From Azolla caroliniana (Eukaryota > Plantae > Polypodiophyta), in the NCBI GenBank assembly GCA_043228905.1, contig JBHGNT010000005.1, positions 5,146,001 to 5,210,000 of the forward strand: a DNA stretch of 64,000 nucleotides. Direction: 5' to 3'. Position numbers and translations under genes: made by a program. Under the pieces are notes generated by a model. The model searched no databases. It was given only the letters and a program-made list of their open reading frames with translations, and was not told where the DNA came from. Shown one piece after another: positions 10,065 to 23,527 of this stretch. Each line of letters starts with the position of its first letter. Position 1 is the first letter of the stretch.

Positions 10065-13000
10065 TATGGCCATGCCCCTGTACTCCACTTTAGTGCTAGA
10101 CAATGCAATTGTTGGTTGCTTCTTGCTACTCCCAGAGATTGCTTCGCTTCCGAGTGAGAAGACAAAGCCAGATGTTGACGATTGAATACATTGTCGCCCC
10201 AATCAACATCAGTGTATCTTTCCAGTCGTGTAATCGGTCTTGTCTTGTAGAAGATTCCCCGATTCATGGTCCCACTAACGTATCGTAAGACTCGCTTAGC
10301 GAAATGCAAATGTGTGTCTCACAGTGTTTTCATGAATTGGCTAAGGAGGCCGAACAGATAGCTAAGATCAGGGCGCATAATAGTTAGGTAGATGAGACTC
10401 TCGATGTTTTGCCGATATTGAGTTGGCTCACATGGTGTGTCGGAGTTCGCGTGCAATTTCATCGTTCGATCGAGGAGAGTCGATATTGGCTTGTGGTCCG
10501 TCATGCCGAACTTAAACAAAAGTTTCAAGTTGTAGTGGTATTGGGAGAGCATAATGCCGGTGCTAGTTTGGATGACCTTGATTCCCAAGAAGTAATGAAG
10601 TTCATGGGTGTCTTTCATCTCAAACTTCCCGAAGAGGAGCATCTTGACCTTGTTGATGTTGGTTAGGTGTCACCACCAATCACTAAGTCATTGACATATA
10701 TGCTAATGAAGATTCGATTGTACTTGAGTTGCTTTGGATAAACAAATAATTGTTGGATTTAGACATCTGAAAGCCGATTCGGTGTAGAAATTGTGTGATC
10801 TTTGAATGCCAAGCCCGTGACGCTTGCTTTAGGTCATAGAGGGGCTTCTTGAGTCGGCACACGACATTCGGATGTGATTTTGATTTGAAGTCGGATGGTT
10901 GTACCATATACACCTCCTCCTCTAGTTCGTCTTGGAAGAACGCATTCTTCACGTCCATCTAATGAAGATGCCACCCTTTGGCCACCGCAAGTGCTAGCAC
11001 CGTCCAGATAGTAGTCATCTTTGCTACCGGGGCAAAGGTTTCTTCGTAGTCGATGTTGTGGGTTTGAGCATAACCCTTAGTCACAAGCCGAGCTTTGTAT
11101 ATATTGATGGAGCTATCGGCGTTGTGCTTGATTTTGTATATCCATTGGCAACTAATCTTATTGTGTGCTAGAGGTTCGACTAGCGCTTGCATTTCTTCAC
11201 ATCGGGGGTCACAAGCCACGTCCGTAAAGCTTTTGGGATCTTGTTTGGCTGTGACCATCATGAAGGCATAATGGTGTGCCACATACTCATTGTAGTCGAA
11301 TTGGGTTACCGGATTCTTCTCTTTGGACAAGCATCGAAGTTTCTCGTTCGTAGATGTCCACGCCTTCTTTATGCCAAGGGTCGAACATAATGGGCACTCA
11401 AAACTCATTGTCTTGCAAGAGAGCCGACACGTCCAAATCGCTTTCGTCGGAGTGGTCGAATTCATATTCAGGCATTTTACCTTTACCTTTGTCCGATTCG
11501 GCCCAAGGTTGTGAAGTGCTTTGGTTGCTTGGAGGCTCTCGTGGTCCACTCATCATGGTTGAGCTTGGACTTTCATTAGGTATAAGCCTCAACCGAATGT
11601 CGTCCTCTGAATTGATGTCCAACTTTTCCTCAGTCGGGCCTGATTTAGTTCATACCATGATGTTGATTTGTCGTAGACTACATCCCGACGTACTCAAACC
11701 GTTTGGATAGAAGGATTGAAGGACTTGTATCCCTTTTGTTCGGACAAATATCCCGCGAGAATGCATTTCTTCGACTTTAGGTTGAGCTTCTGTCATCTTT
11801 CATTTGGAATGTGTACATAGGCTATGCTTCTGAACACTCTCAAGTGTGATAGATTTGGACATTAGTGGTACACACCAATTCATCAGATAGACGGTTGTTA
11901 ATGCCCCTTCAGCCCAATAGAATTTCGGCATATGCTTCTCATATAACATGGTGCATGCTACCTTGAGTATTTGCCGATTCTTCTGTTCAGCTACTCCATT
12001 TTATTGTGGTGTGTCGGCACGAAAATTCTCTCCTTATTCCTTCATTTTGGAGGCATGAGATAATTTCTTCAGAGAAGTACTCCTTTCTCCATCTGATCGT
12101 AAACAACGAATATACCGGCCTATTTCTTTCTCGACCTATTTCTTGAGCTTTTGGAAGTGGAAAATCACTTCACTCTTCTTCTTCTTCGAGAAGATAAAAG
12201 TGTACCGAGAGTGGTCGTTGATGAAGGTGACATAGTATCGGCACTCTTTGATCGTCAGCGTTTGAGTTGGTCCCCATACGTTTGAGTAGATCAAATCAAG
12301 GAGGCCGTTACTTACATGTCTATCCTCTGGGAATGGGAGTCGATGTTGTTTGCTGAGTTGACATGCTTCACACACTCGGTCGACTTGTTTCGACTCAAAG
12401 GCTAGAAGTCCAATGACAGACTCCCTTCGACTACATAGCTTGGAGCCATTGGTACATTAATAAGCATCCGGTCACAAAAATACCTATAATGAGGTATATA
12501 TACAAGGATTTAAGTCCTATATTAAATGAACTTGGAAGTGGGGGATCTAGAAAGTATCCCACTTAAGTACAAGATACAAAATCCTATTTAAGGCTTTATA
12601 GTCAACTTACTAACTAGATCCTATCTATGTAACTACTAAGTTACATGGTTGACTAAATGGGTAAATCTAGTTAAGCTTGGTATCTCAACAAAATCTAATA
12701 TGGCTAAGAGCTCGTTGTGAATCTCGTAATTGATTTCATAAAGTTCAAGTTTCCATGAATGAGAAATGATTGGATAGAGATCCATGTTGTCTTCGATTGA
12801 TGACAAGACACTTTTGAGTACATAATCAAACACATAAACTTCCAGAATAAAGAGCATCATCAGCTAAACATGATCAAAATTAGGACAAATGTAAATGAAT
12901 GCTTCAAGTTTTACGATGCGTTCATTGCATGTAAAATCCATGTAATGATTGATTCTTATGTGAAACTTGTGTAAGGGGTCGAGCCATCTTCAAGTATTTC

Positions 13001-14409
13001 TTGATGAATTTGTGGTTAAATATATGTGAAGTCTTAGAAGCATTGGACATTGTGCATGGATTGTGGAGAATTTGTCCTTCTATTCACAATAAGAAGTGTA
13101 TAGTGAACCATTGTAGGTCCAATACATGGACAGACACCTTTCACTCTCAGATTGATAACTCCAATAATATGATGAATCTGAGGCTGCAATTTTATACACA
13201 GAAACTGCACAGAACGAGCTTTCCAAAGAGTGTTTAAACATAAGAAATGGCTATATATTCATTAAGATATGAATCTTACAAAATAGTTGATACAAAAGAG
13301 ACCGTGAGAGAGACACTAACAATGTATATCAAAGACAATCTATAGAACTTCTCACTTACATATGACACTCAAGGTATTCCTCTTGCTCTCCTTTTTTCTA
13401 TATGTATAGAACTCATTTTATACTTATTTATACCTTATGTTTATGCTAGCTACTTACAACTTGACTCACCTATTAGATGCCACTTTTGTAGCTACTGATT
13501 TTGTGTCTAATCCTCACCTACCACATATATTTACCCATTATATGCTATTCACTATAGTCTTTAGATAAATATTCACCATACAACTTTATAAACATAAACA
13601 ATCATAGCTCATGTCAATTTGAGCTTGTACATTTATCTTCAACATGGATCATGGTGTTTGCTAGTCTAGAATTGTGTAAGGGGTCCTCAAGTCATGTTAT
13701 ATTGATCTGCATTGGAGGTGGGCCACCTCTTGGAACATTGATCAGGGCCTACATAGTTCCATTAGAGTGAGGTCACGCTACAAAAACATACATTTGTGTC
13801 GATCTAGGATGAGACCATTATGGACATTCCAAACACTACTCTAATAGATTATGGTCACATTGTATGACTCAATTGATCACCTTTGAAGTGATTTCAGACA
13901 GTTAAGAAATGTAAGAAGTAGATCCTTCACATTGTTATAAAGCCCTCCTAGGTTGGGCAATTTATTTCCTTTAACATTTGAAAGTTATTGATATCTATTC
14001 TCACATTATCTGTACTTACAAAATAATCTTAAAAATCCTTAATAAACTCATCAAAATTCTTTAGTATAGGAGAGATATTCTCTAGTAATGGCACAAACCA
14101 AGGTAGCATTGTATTAGTCAATATAGTCCCGACCAACCATACACATATCACATAAATTTATTCATATTGGGTGGGATACGTTTCTAATAGTAGATATACA
14201 TGATTAAGCAATTCTCGGAAGTGATTGAGTACTATTAAACTTCGTGCTATAAGACTTATCTTGGGTTCTGTTGGGGAACTTCGTGCTCCCAAAACTTGTC
14301 ACACAATTACTAATGTTATTCAAGTTGGTGAAACCTTTGAGTTGATAAGCTTTGGTCTCAACTTTCACTTGGCATAAATTCTGGAGAAGGTTGTGATTCT
14401 CTTGCTCTT

Positions 14410-15176
14410 GGAACATGAACTTGGTTGGTAAGTGTTCTACATTTGTAAGAATGTGCATATATATTCTTGTTCAACTACCATGGTCAGGAGAACATAGGGC
14501 GAGAAGTTTCTCAACAAAGATGAAGAAGAAGGGTAAATTCCAATCCAAATTGTCAAAGGCCATGAGTGTAAACAAGATTGAATTGAGGAAGAGAATAAGA
14601 AAAAAGAGGAAAATAAGATAAGAATGTGGTTGGTAAGTGTTCTAGATATGTAAGAACATGCATATATTCTCATTCCATTACCATGGTTACGAGAAAATAG
14701 GGCAAGAAGTTTCTCGAGGTAAATTCCAATTCAAATTGTCAAAGCCATCGGTGAGAACAAGATTGAATTAATTGAAGATGAAATTTAGAAAAGAAGAGGC
14801 AAATAAGAAAAGATTGAATTGAAGAAGAGATTAAGAAAAGAATGTGACCTGTAAATTAACAAGAAAAATAACCTCACAAGAATATATCGAAGACTAACGT
14901 TAGAGCCGAAAATAGTTCATTAATGACTAGAGTACTTGCTTATATAGCATGGTTGTACACACACATGCTCCCCATCTCCCATCATGCATGATAGCCATTG
15001 GGCATTCATGCAAGCATGCCATTTATTCGTCATGTGTTAGCCTATGTTAGTCCTAATGGTTGAGGTTTCGGCATCCTCCAAAGGCGTCATAGGTTCAAAT
15101 CTCATAATATTAGTCCTAATGGTTGAGGTTGTCGACATCCTTCAAAGGAGTCATAGGTTCAAATCTCAATATAACA
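14410..15176 (-). mobile_element. LTR-like element (left boundary uncertain) with a duplicated tRNA-like module and an internal ~200-bp duplication
   Basis: Ends ATAACA (rc TGTTAT). Minus-strand TATA (rc of GCTTATATAGC ~14938). Shares GTTCATT.ATGACTAGAG.AC.TGCTTATATAGCATGGT with 6456-6494. A 63-bp tandem pair starts at 15048 and 15111. Confidence 0.55.
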
Positions 15177-16711
15177 TTTCTTAATAGATGTTATTGACAC
15201 ATCATGAAGCAAATGTCATGCATCTCATTTCTTAAGAATTTCTTCCATTTGAAACGCAAACATTTGCTTCAATGTATCGTTTTAGACTTTTTGCTTATTT
15301 CCCATGAAATTTTAGGGAAGTCGATGTAAGGATTATAGTTTAACTGTAAGCATGTAATTAATAACCTTTTTCCATGGCCATGATCACGATGACAAATGAT
15401 CTAGTTTCAAAAAGTAAGAGCATGTATCAATTTTGCATCTTAGCTTGAAGAAACTTCATAATAAAGTGCTCTTGGACATTTTTAAACTCTTTCTAAGTAG
15501 AATTATGGAACTTCAATTGTATTGTGCTCACACTTCTTTTATAACACATAAATTTAGTAAAATTGTTCAAGCCAATTGTCTATTCAATTATATACTCTAT
15601 TATCTTGCATATACTTAACATCAATAACTAAATTGCCAATATATGAAAATAATAGATTTTCAAAGAGTAAGTTAGTTTGGTAAGTTAGAAATGCGCAATA
15701 TAATAGCTAGGAAATGACAACAATTAACCAAGAGAACTCTTATAAAGCAATGTAATCAAACATCACACTTCATTAATTTGAATACATCATTTGCATAATG
15801 TTGATTACATTCTCAATGGGCATATCCTTGTTGAAAATTCAGATAAATGGCCAAGCTCTTGGAATTGAGTGGAACCTACCTATATGTTGCGTATATACTC
15901 CTTTGGATATGGTATGCATAACGTTGTTTGAAGTTGGTGAGAAAGAGTTTCCAAGGTAGCTACCTAGCATGTTATCGGAAACAATAAGATGACATTCGTG
16001 AAATTTTAGGTATAGTTGAAAATGTTGTATATCCATAATTAAGGTAGTGTGTCTACTATAATCACACCACTATGCCAAAATCCATGATGGGTTTGGAAGC
16101 CGGTAAAATGTAATTCTTGAATATTTTCCCTCCATAGACCAAATAGACTTAAAATTCTAATGTCTATGGCAAGAGTCTATATCTATAGCCTAGATCACAT
16201 ACAATGCCTATTTTGGTAAGAGTACATTTTCGGAAACTCTAAACCCTAAACCCATGTCAAAAATTGGTTGGTGTCCTTCCTTGAGTTTATCGGTTCTTGT
16301 ATATTTACAAGGATTTTATCAAGATCTAGAATCAAAGCGCAAGCAGTTTTGGCTTCCATTACTTAAACTCCTCTTCAATTACACCATAGGCAAGTAGTTT
16401 ACATTTTATTTCAATCAGTTCATACTTTCATTGGCATTGTTGATGTCCACTTCCTCTTGACATGCTTACCATGTTGGATTGGGATCTAGGTTTGTTTGCC
16501 TTTGCATACTTGGGACTGGAGATAGTTTCATTTGCAAGTGTTTCGTTTGAGTTGCAATATCTACCTTAAGAATAATATACTCAGCCTTTGTCGAAACATT
16601 GGGGGTTGACATGACACAATTCGTGTTTATTACCACATCTTCTCTCAAAATGAGCCCATATGTGTATGTTGCTACATCTACTCTCGAAATGAGACCCTCA
16701 GTGTTTGTTGC

Positions 16712-17139
16712 TGTCAGGAATAGTACTAAAGCAGAGATGGAATTAGTACTAAAGAAGAGCAGTACTATTAGTACTAAGAGGACGGGACTGCGTAAGATTC
16801 CCGAGAGAGGAAGTGAGAAGAGAGATAGCGAGAATGAGAGAGAGAGAGAGAGAGAGAGAAAGCCTCTTAGTACTAATAGTACTGCTCTTCTTTAGTACTA
16901 TTCCTGACAGTTTGAACCAATTTGGTTCAAAACAATGCCTTGTGCCTCCTTTTATAGTGTTTTTAGGAATAATCCTGAAGCTTCTAGAATGTTCTAGAGA
17001 GATCTAGAATATACATCAATTTTCTATGATAAAACATAAATGAAAATAATATTTTATAAATTACAATTCATAGTCTAATGGTAAGAGCTTGACCCATGTA
17101 GCATAAGGTCATGGGTTTGAGTCTTGCCATATCATGACA
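16712..17139 (-). mobile_element. Solo LTR with a long internal hairpin and a tRNA-like segment
   Basis: TGTCAG...ATGACA termini; decayed TSD GTTGC/ATTGT (two transitions); TTCTAGAA repeats as in the 8770 LTR; minus-strand TATAAA ~16951-16956. Confidence 0.7.
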
Positions 17140-17576
17140 ATTGTTACATCAAACATGGAAGTGAGACTGTCAACCTTTGTTGCGATTTTCTTTGTGTTTT
17201 CCCATTGAATATATGTTCCAACTTGAAGTTTGTGCTTCACATCATCATTTTTTGTTGCAACTTATACAATTTCCCCAGTCTCTATGGCATCAAGAAAAAA
17301 AACCCGCATAACCAAACTCATAGAAGAAGCAAAAAAATATTTCAAAACATAGTCGAATTCTTCCAATTCCTTGACATAATAAGTCTTAAGATTTTTAAAT
17401 AACGTATTAATCCTAGAAGAAATTCAAATTACCATAAACATTATGAAAATCTTATAATAACGTTCTCGCACTAAAGTCTAGTTCCTTGATTGAGTAATTG
17501 GTCTTTTCCCCTGTTGTGTTTGCCCCTTCTTTGTCGTTTTCTAGATGGTTGCTCATTTTCCCTAGTCTCTTTTACC

Positions 17577-17981
17577 TATTGAGCAAGCGCGAAACCGTGG
17601 CTTAACAACTTAACGGTTTAAACGGTTCAGTTCATGTTCAGGTTTTTTTTAATGGTTCGTTCGGTTTCAACATTTAGAAACCGCGGTTTAAATGGTTTAA
17701 CAGTTTTTTTTTTTAATTTAAAAAATTGTTTTTAAATAATCTTTTCATTTTTAGACCTTATTCTCACATTTTTGGAACATCTTTAAAATTTTAAATTTAA
17801 ATTTTGACCTAAATTGAAAACTAAAACCGAACCACAAAACCACGGTTTTAATGGTTTGGTTTAACGGTTTAAAGGCTTCGTGGTTCGGTTCAGTTCATGT
17901 TTCAAAAAATTTAAACGGTTTGGTTCCAAACCGGTTCAGTTTTGACCCTCTCAACTGAACCAAACCGTTTGCTGATTGTTA
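17577..17981. mobile_element. AT-rich MITE-like element with AAACCG/CGGTTT subterminal repeats
   Basis: TA...AGCAA / TTGCT...TA ends and many AACCG/CGGTT motifs; same architecture as 9497-10064. Confidence 0.7.
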
Positions 17982-20900
17982 TGAGCAAGGGTCACTTCCT
18001 CTGACAACATATCAAATGTCTCCTTCACCAACTATTTGAGTAGAGGAGGATTTTATTATGGAAGATCAATTTCTAAGCTAGTTGGGGTTTCCACAAGCTT
18101 TAACAACTCAAAGAATTGCTCTACTAAGTGTTCAAAAACATTGATCTATTTACCTCATCATCATGCACTTGGGAGCCCGCCTCTTTTTTTTATTTATAGC
18201 AATATCCGGCTCAAGATAGTATTTTAACTTATTTGGAGAAGGAGATGTCATAGAAGGACTATTACTCAACCACATAGGTTTAGTTTAAAACATCAATTGC
18301 AAGATCAACCCAATTAGATACATCATAATGACAAAGTCGTAACCCGACTATTATATGCCACAAGAAGTTAGAACTTAGCTATATGAATATAACTATACAA
18401 CATGCTAAAATAGGGTTTAGGAAATTGACTATTGTATATTCACACCTAGCTAATTTTCTACTTGATGTTCAATCCAAGCTACCTGGACATGCTTCAATTT
18501 GCCCTTTCCTCTCATTCTTGTCACTTTATATATAGACGACCAATCTATCTCATTTCTCATATCATCAAACTATAGGATTGATACCAAAGAATGGCATGCC
18601 ATATATAACATTAAACTCCTCCTTGGTTTCACAAAAATTGTGAAAGATCAAGACCCTATGATAGTCACGAACTAACCACTTGGATTCAAACACAAACAAA
18701 TGTACATTATGCATAGATATAAATGAAATATATAGGGTTTAAATGTATGTTTGTTGACCCTACTTAGAACATTTAATCAAATTTGGCAAGTTCTTTACCT
18801 TGTCAACTACATGAAATGCGTGCAATATAAAGGCTTAAATGTATGTATATTAACCCTAAAAGCATGTTTTGAATATCTTATTCTAACCCTAAATGATTGT
18901 ATGTTAACCTTAATCAGAATCTCAATCAAATTTGGCAAGTTCTTACTTGGTCGACTAAGAATGCATGTATCATGCTAAAATATATGTATGCTAACGATTT
19001 ATCAACACTAAATGTATGCACATGATTCTAACCTAAAATTATTGTACCCTAACCCAATTGTTTATAAAATCTTACCTAGACAATTGTGATTTCAGTGACA
19101 TCCACGTGATAGACTCCAATGAGTTTACTGTAACCAGCAAGTAAATTCAACTTGTGAGTAGTTAGTTCGACAAAAAGAGGAAGTTATATTGACAACTACC
19201 TAGATGAAGAGGTCCTCTTTTAAACCCTTTGGAGCAAGGGGAGTTTGTTGATTTGTGGGTTTTCTCGTTGACATAAGGAGACGTTTTATAATCATACATG
19301 AGAAGTGTTCCATATGCAAAATTTGTTGAGGGTAGGTATTAGCATTATAAATCTAAACATAATGCAAAAAAAAATCATCTTCCAATATGTACATATGTGT
19401 GTGCTCAAATTCAAATATTTGGGCATTTCTCAATCTAAAGTTTTTAATAAATGATGCACCTTTAAAACCCACCATCTAAAGAAACAACTAAAATAATAGC
19501 TATTACCTTCATAGATACATGTTAGCTATAGCCTATCAGAACGTTTCCATTTCTATTCTTTCACTCAAGAACAATTATTAACACCGGGAATCAAATTGAT
19601 GAGGAGTTAGAAAGCAATGGAGCTTTGTTACAAATTTACACTTTATACAACCTTGAATGATAGTCAATACATGGTGGGTCACTATCTTTTAATTCAACTT
19701 CTAAAATTTATTGGATTCCGCCTCTTGTCCAATGGTTCCTATCATACTAAAACTATCCCTACAACTTAATTAACTATGTTTATTTTTCTTAGCACACCCA
19801 ATCTAGATGGCCAACACGGTGGCATGTTCGTGGGATTGTAGATTTCATGGATGAATCTAACTTTGGATGGAGGTGTACCGTGTGATGATAAATAGATGGG
19901 CTAGGGGGTGAGGTACACAATTGAGGGTGGGAGCTTGATAGTAGATAGGATGACTTCATCTTTGGCAACTTCATTCGATGCTAGTGGGGAGTCAACCTAG
20001 CTTAATGGTCTCGAGAGAAGATGGCAGCTTTGGGGTAGTCATGACTCATTATCCTGTTGGATTCCTTAGGCAAGCTGAGGACCTAGAAATTTACACTAAT
20101 TAGGTGCAGGCTTGGATGGGCACACATTCCCAAAAGCTAAACTAGTGGGTGAGACATAAAAGGAGATGAAGAAAAGCCCAAAAGCCTTTAAGAACAATGC
20201 ACACATATGAAATGGCCATAATTATAAATTAATCAAAACGTTTTGTAAATGAAGCATAAAAGTACAATTATGAGCCTTTATATTTTCTTTGCATTTTCCT
20301 TGACTTTATGATTATGCACATTGTTACATATTAACAAGTATTTGATCAAACTACTCATTCATTTGAAACCCAATGAATTTTGCTAGAAGACCAATTGTGA
20401 TTTATATGAGATGGGGCCTACGCCATGTCAAGGATTCGACTTCAGTTCTCTCAATTTTATGACTTTTGATGCTACCATGTAAACCACCAAGCCAATACCT
20501 AAAGAGTCTACCATAATGAACTGAGAAAGGGAGTTTGGGAAAAAAGTTTTATCCTCCATGAATGTTGTAAGAAAAGGTTAATTGAGAAGAATGAGATATT
20601 GTAATAAGGTAGGAAACTAGAATATTGAGGTATTCATAATTGGTTAATAGTTCAATACAATGACATGAAATGTAGTTGAAGACAATTGGTCAATGGTAGC
20701 GTTGACAGTGGAATACAATGCATCGATCAAGTCATGGGTGTGTCAAACGTAGTGGCCACTACTCCTCATACAAATACGAGATAATTGCATCACAATAATG
20801 GTGTCATGTCAAACATTTACATCAAAATAATGGTGTGGAGCCGCTAAGATAATAGTACCACATAAGAGAGATAAATTTAAATCATAATCATGTTGTGTTG

Positions 20901-21252
20901 TGTTTATATGTCAATCGAGTTCTATACATAATGTGTTTGGAGGCTATGTGTCTCTAACCTAGAGAGCAAAACACAATGTCAAACTTATGGGGAAGTGCAT
21001 CACAACAGTTTTGCAAGTTGCAGCTATTGTTTCAAGATTATATTCCCAGGGTTTTTTTGCTTGAAATTAATGGCATGAGAGGTAGAATGCCTTCATTGTT
21101 GTTGATGAGAAATGCAAAGGAAAGGATGCAATTCTAGTTTCCACGTTCATGATTATGTTTTTTTATCATGGACTCGAGCTCTCCCTCTTTACCTTCATTC
21201 CATATGAAGTATGTATGCATGTTTTACATGTCGAGGATCACATCTCGAGATC

Positions 21253-21460
21253 ATGGCATGGGGGCGAGATGTAAAATATACATGGGTGAGATGGTGCGTG
21301 GAGACATTGGTGGCGACTTGTGAGTTGTGGAATGTAGTTGAGGAACCACGAACCCAAGATGTGATCCCGATATGCATGTTTTAGATCTGGGGGTTATGGC
21401 ATGGGGGCGAGATGTAAAACATAGATGGCGAGATGGAGCGTGGAGACATTGGTGGTGACT
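21253..21460. repeat. Degenerate tandem duplication (~143-bp period)
   Basis: ATGGCATGGGGGCGAGATGTAAAA...GTGGAGACATTGGTGG occurs twice. Confidence 0.75.
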
Positions 21461-21685
21461 CGTGATAGGTTATTGGGGTGTTGGCCCTTGGGGGGTGTCC
21501 ATGCCACATGGGGTGGTTTGTACTTGGGGCACCTTGGAGTGGCTCTACTACTATACATATATGTACATACTTCTAACTATAACTAACTACATATATATAT
21601 GAAGACATTCACCCTCCCCCCATCTTTGTCTATCCTACCTGCCATTCCATCACTCTCTCTAGAATTAGGGGTCTACATTCTAGAG

Positions 21686-21689
<4 letters not shown>

Positions 21690-21755
<66 letters not shown>
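21690..21755. repeat. (CA)n microsatellite
   Basis: Direct reading. Confidence 0.95.
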
Positions 21756-21758
<3 letters not shown>

Positions 21759-23527
21759 TAGAATGAAGAGAAGGTCTTATGTATATATAATATACATACA
21801 TATGTATGTATGTATGTGTGTGTGTGTGTTGGAATGGCGGCGGCAGGGGTTTTTCACTTGTTTGATTTATTTACTGATTTGTTTTTTTTTACCACATACA
21901 TCCCATTATTAACAATTACCTCTCACTTTCCATTAAATGCTCACATTTGGATGTAAAAAAAAGAATTTTTTGAAAATAAATAAAAATTAGCCAAATTATT
22001 ATTCCCCCGCTTCCCAAAACCTTCGCCCACCCCTCTCCAATTTTAATGTAGTAAAATAATCTTCTTCTTCAAATCTCTCACTCACACGTATCCCCCCCCC
22101 CCCCTTTTACAATACACAAACCGAATATATATATAATTCAAATCTCATTTTTTACCACCAAAATGATTCAATTTGTTTTTTCAACTAAAATCTGTTTTCT
22201 GTTTTACTATTTGTCTTCTCTGTGTGTGTATGTGTGTGTGTGTCTATGCATTTTTCTCTTCGATGTTTTTGCTGCTAATGAAAATGGTTACAGCGAATAT
22301 TCCATCGAAAACTAAAATTAATAAATAAATAAATAATAAATAATATATGTATATATAATGTTATTTCAGACACTCTATTATTTCTCTGATTATTATTATC
22401 GCTATTATTTGTATTAAATTTCTTTTTCTTTTTTCACTTGACTTGACATCACTTCAATTCAATTCACTTTACATTCTAATATTTCTTCATTAACTCCACC
22501 CACAAAACAATTCATACATTCTATCCATTCCTTTAATGCTTCTAAACTCTCGAAAGGCATTTATTTACCTAAGGTTGTCTTTCGTGTACGTATGTATATA
22601 TGTATGCTATACAATCTTTAATTAATTCCCTTGGCCTCTAAATTATCGTCTCCTAATCACAGACGTGGGCAGTTAATCTCAACAAATGAAGGCATTAATC
22701 AGAATGCCTCCCTTCTTCATCCCCCCCCCTCTTTTTCTCCTTTTATCGGTTTTGTCCTAATTAAAAATAGTGAATCTCCCCTGATTATGCCAAATTAACA
22801 ATTTATTCTCGTCTATGCATTGTATATCGCATATGTGATTAATTAGGCCCAGAAGATTCGGTTGAGACTGGGTAATTACGATTGTGATTAGAATAATCTG
22901 CTTGGAGAATGACGAGAAATTGAAAATTAGGGTTTTTCTCTTTCTTTTCTTCATGACACGCTGATTACTAATTCCTAATCCTGATTACGTTATTTCTTTC
23001 TATTGCTGGTGAATAATTCCACAATGAGGTTCTTCTTTTTCTTTTTTTTCCTTTCTTATCATCATAATGGGTCATTTAATTTAGAGTAATTCGGACGAGG
23101 GGTCATCCTATCTATCTAATCAGAGAAATTTGGACGAGGACGCATTCTAATTATAACAACTCTGAAGCTGGGTCATGCAAATTACGGGCTGATTCGCATG
23201 ATCGGGCTTTCTAATTAAATTCGGGTAATTAAGATATAAAGGTTCTCTTAACTAGGATAATTATACTGACATCGGATCATTCTACTCAGAAAAATCTTTC
23301 AAATGATGATTCCGATTAGGCTAATTCTATTCAGGATTCCTTCTAATAACGCTAATCCATCGGATGCATCATCATGATAGCTCTAATGACGGCTCTTGTA
23401 AGAGTAATTAGCCCAAATTTGGGACTCAGTCTAATCAGCCTAAGTTGCCCAAATTTGGTCACTCCCATTAAGGTTGATTCCCAAATCTGGAGTATCTTAA
23501 GATCAGGGGGTCACTAAAACCAGGTGA

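Larger units (their letters stand above)
7480..12690 (-). mobile_element. Degenerate Ty1/copia LTR retrotransposon (3' LTR 7480-7995; partial 5' LTR ~12456-12690; gag/protease deleted)
   Basis: 7719-7995 and 12456-12690 are diverged direct repeats ending TCAACA. PPT (rc TTGAGGGGGCA) at 7996-8006. RT fragments MDVKNAF, YKARLV.KGYAQ..IDYEETFAPVAK, HYFLGI; integrase fragments 11700-12400; many stops and frameshifts. TSD GAATC (7475-7479) / AAATC (12691-12695). Confidence 0.9.
5900..14000 (-). mobile_element. Highly degenerate Ty3/gypsy retrotransposon remnant, interrupted by the copia element at 7480-12690 (outer limits approximate)
   Basis: Minus-strand remnants: gag PMQID-like motif ~13705-13725; RNase H NYEIHNELLAILD ending at 12691 and resuming at 7479 as DSFEYRCHLLGGFPHHIIVYND (cf. 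EWRHxLEG..I.VYTDH); integrase Zn-binding YLWPQL ~6850-6875; GLLQP ~6760-6776. Confidence 0.65.

Noticed and set aside
15048-15168. Functional tRNA genes (also 8790-8865, 17071-17129, 62790-62865)
   Set aside because: Only A/B-box and T-arm-like parts are recognisable; there is no convincing acceptor stem or 7-nt anticodon loop, and all lie inside repeats.
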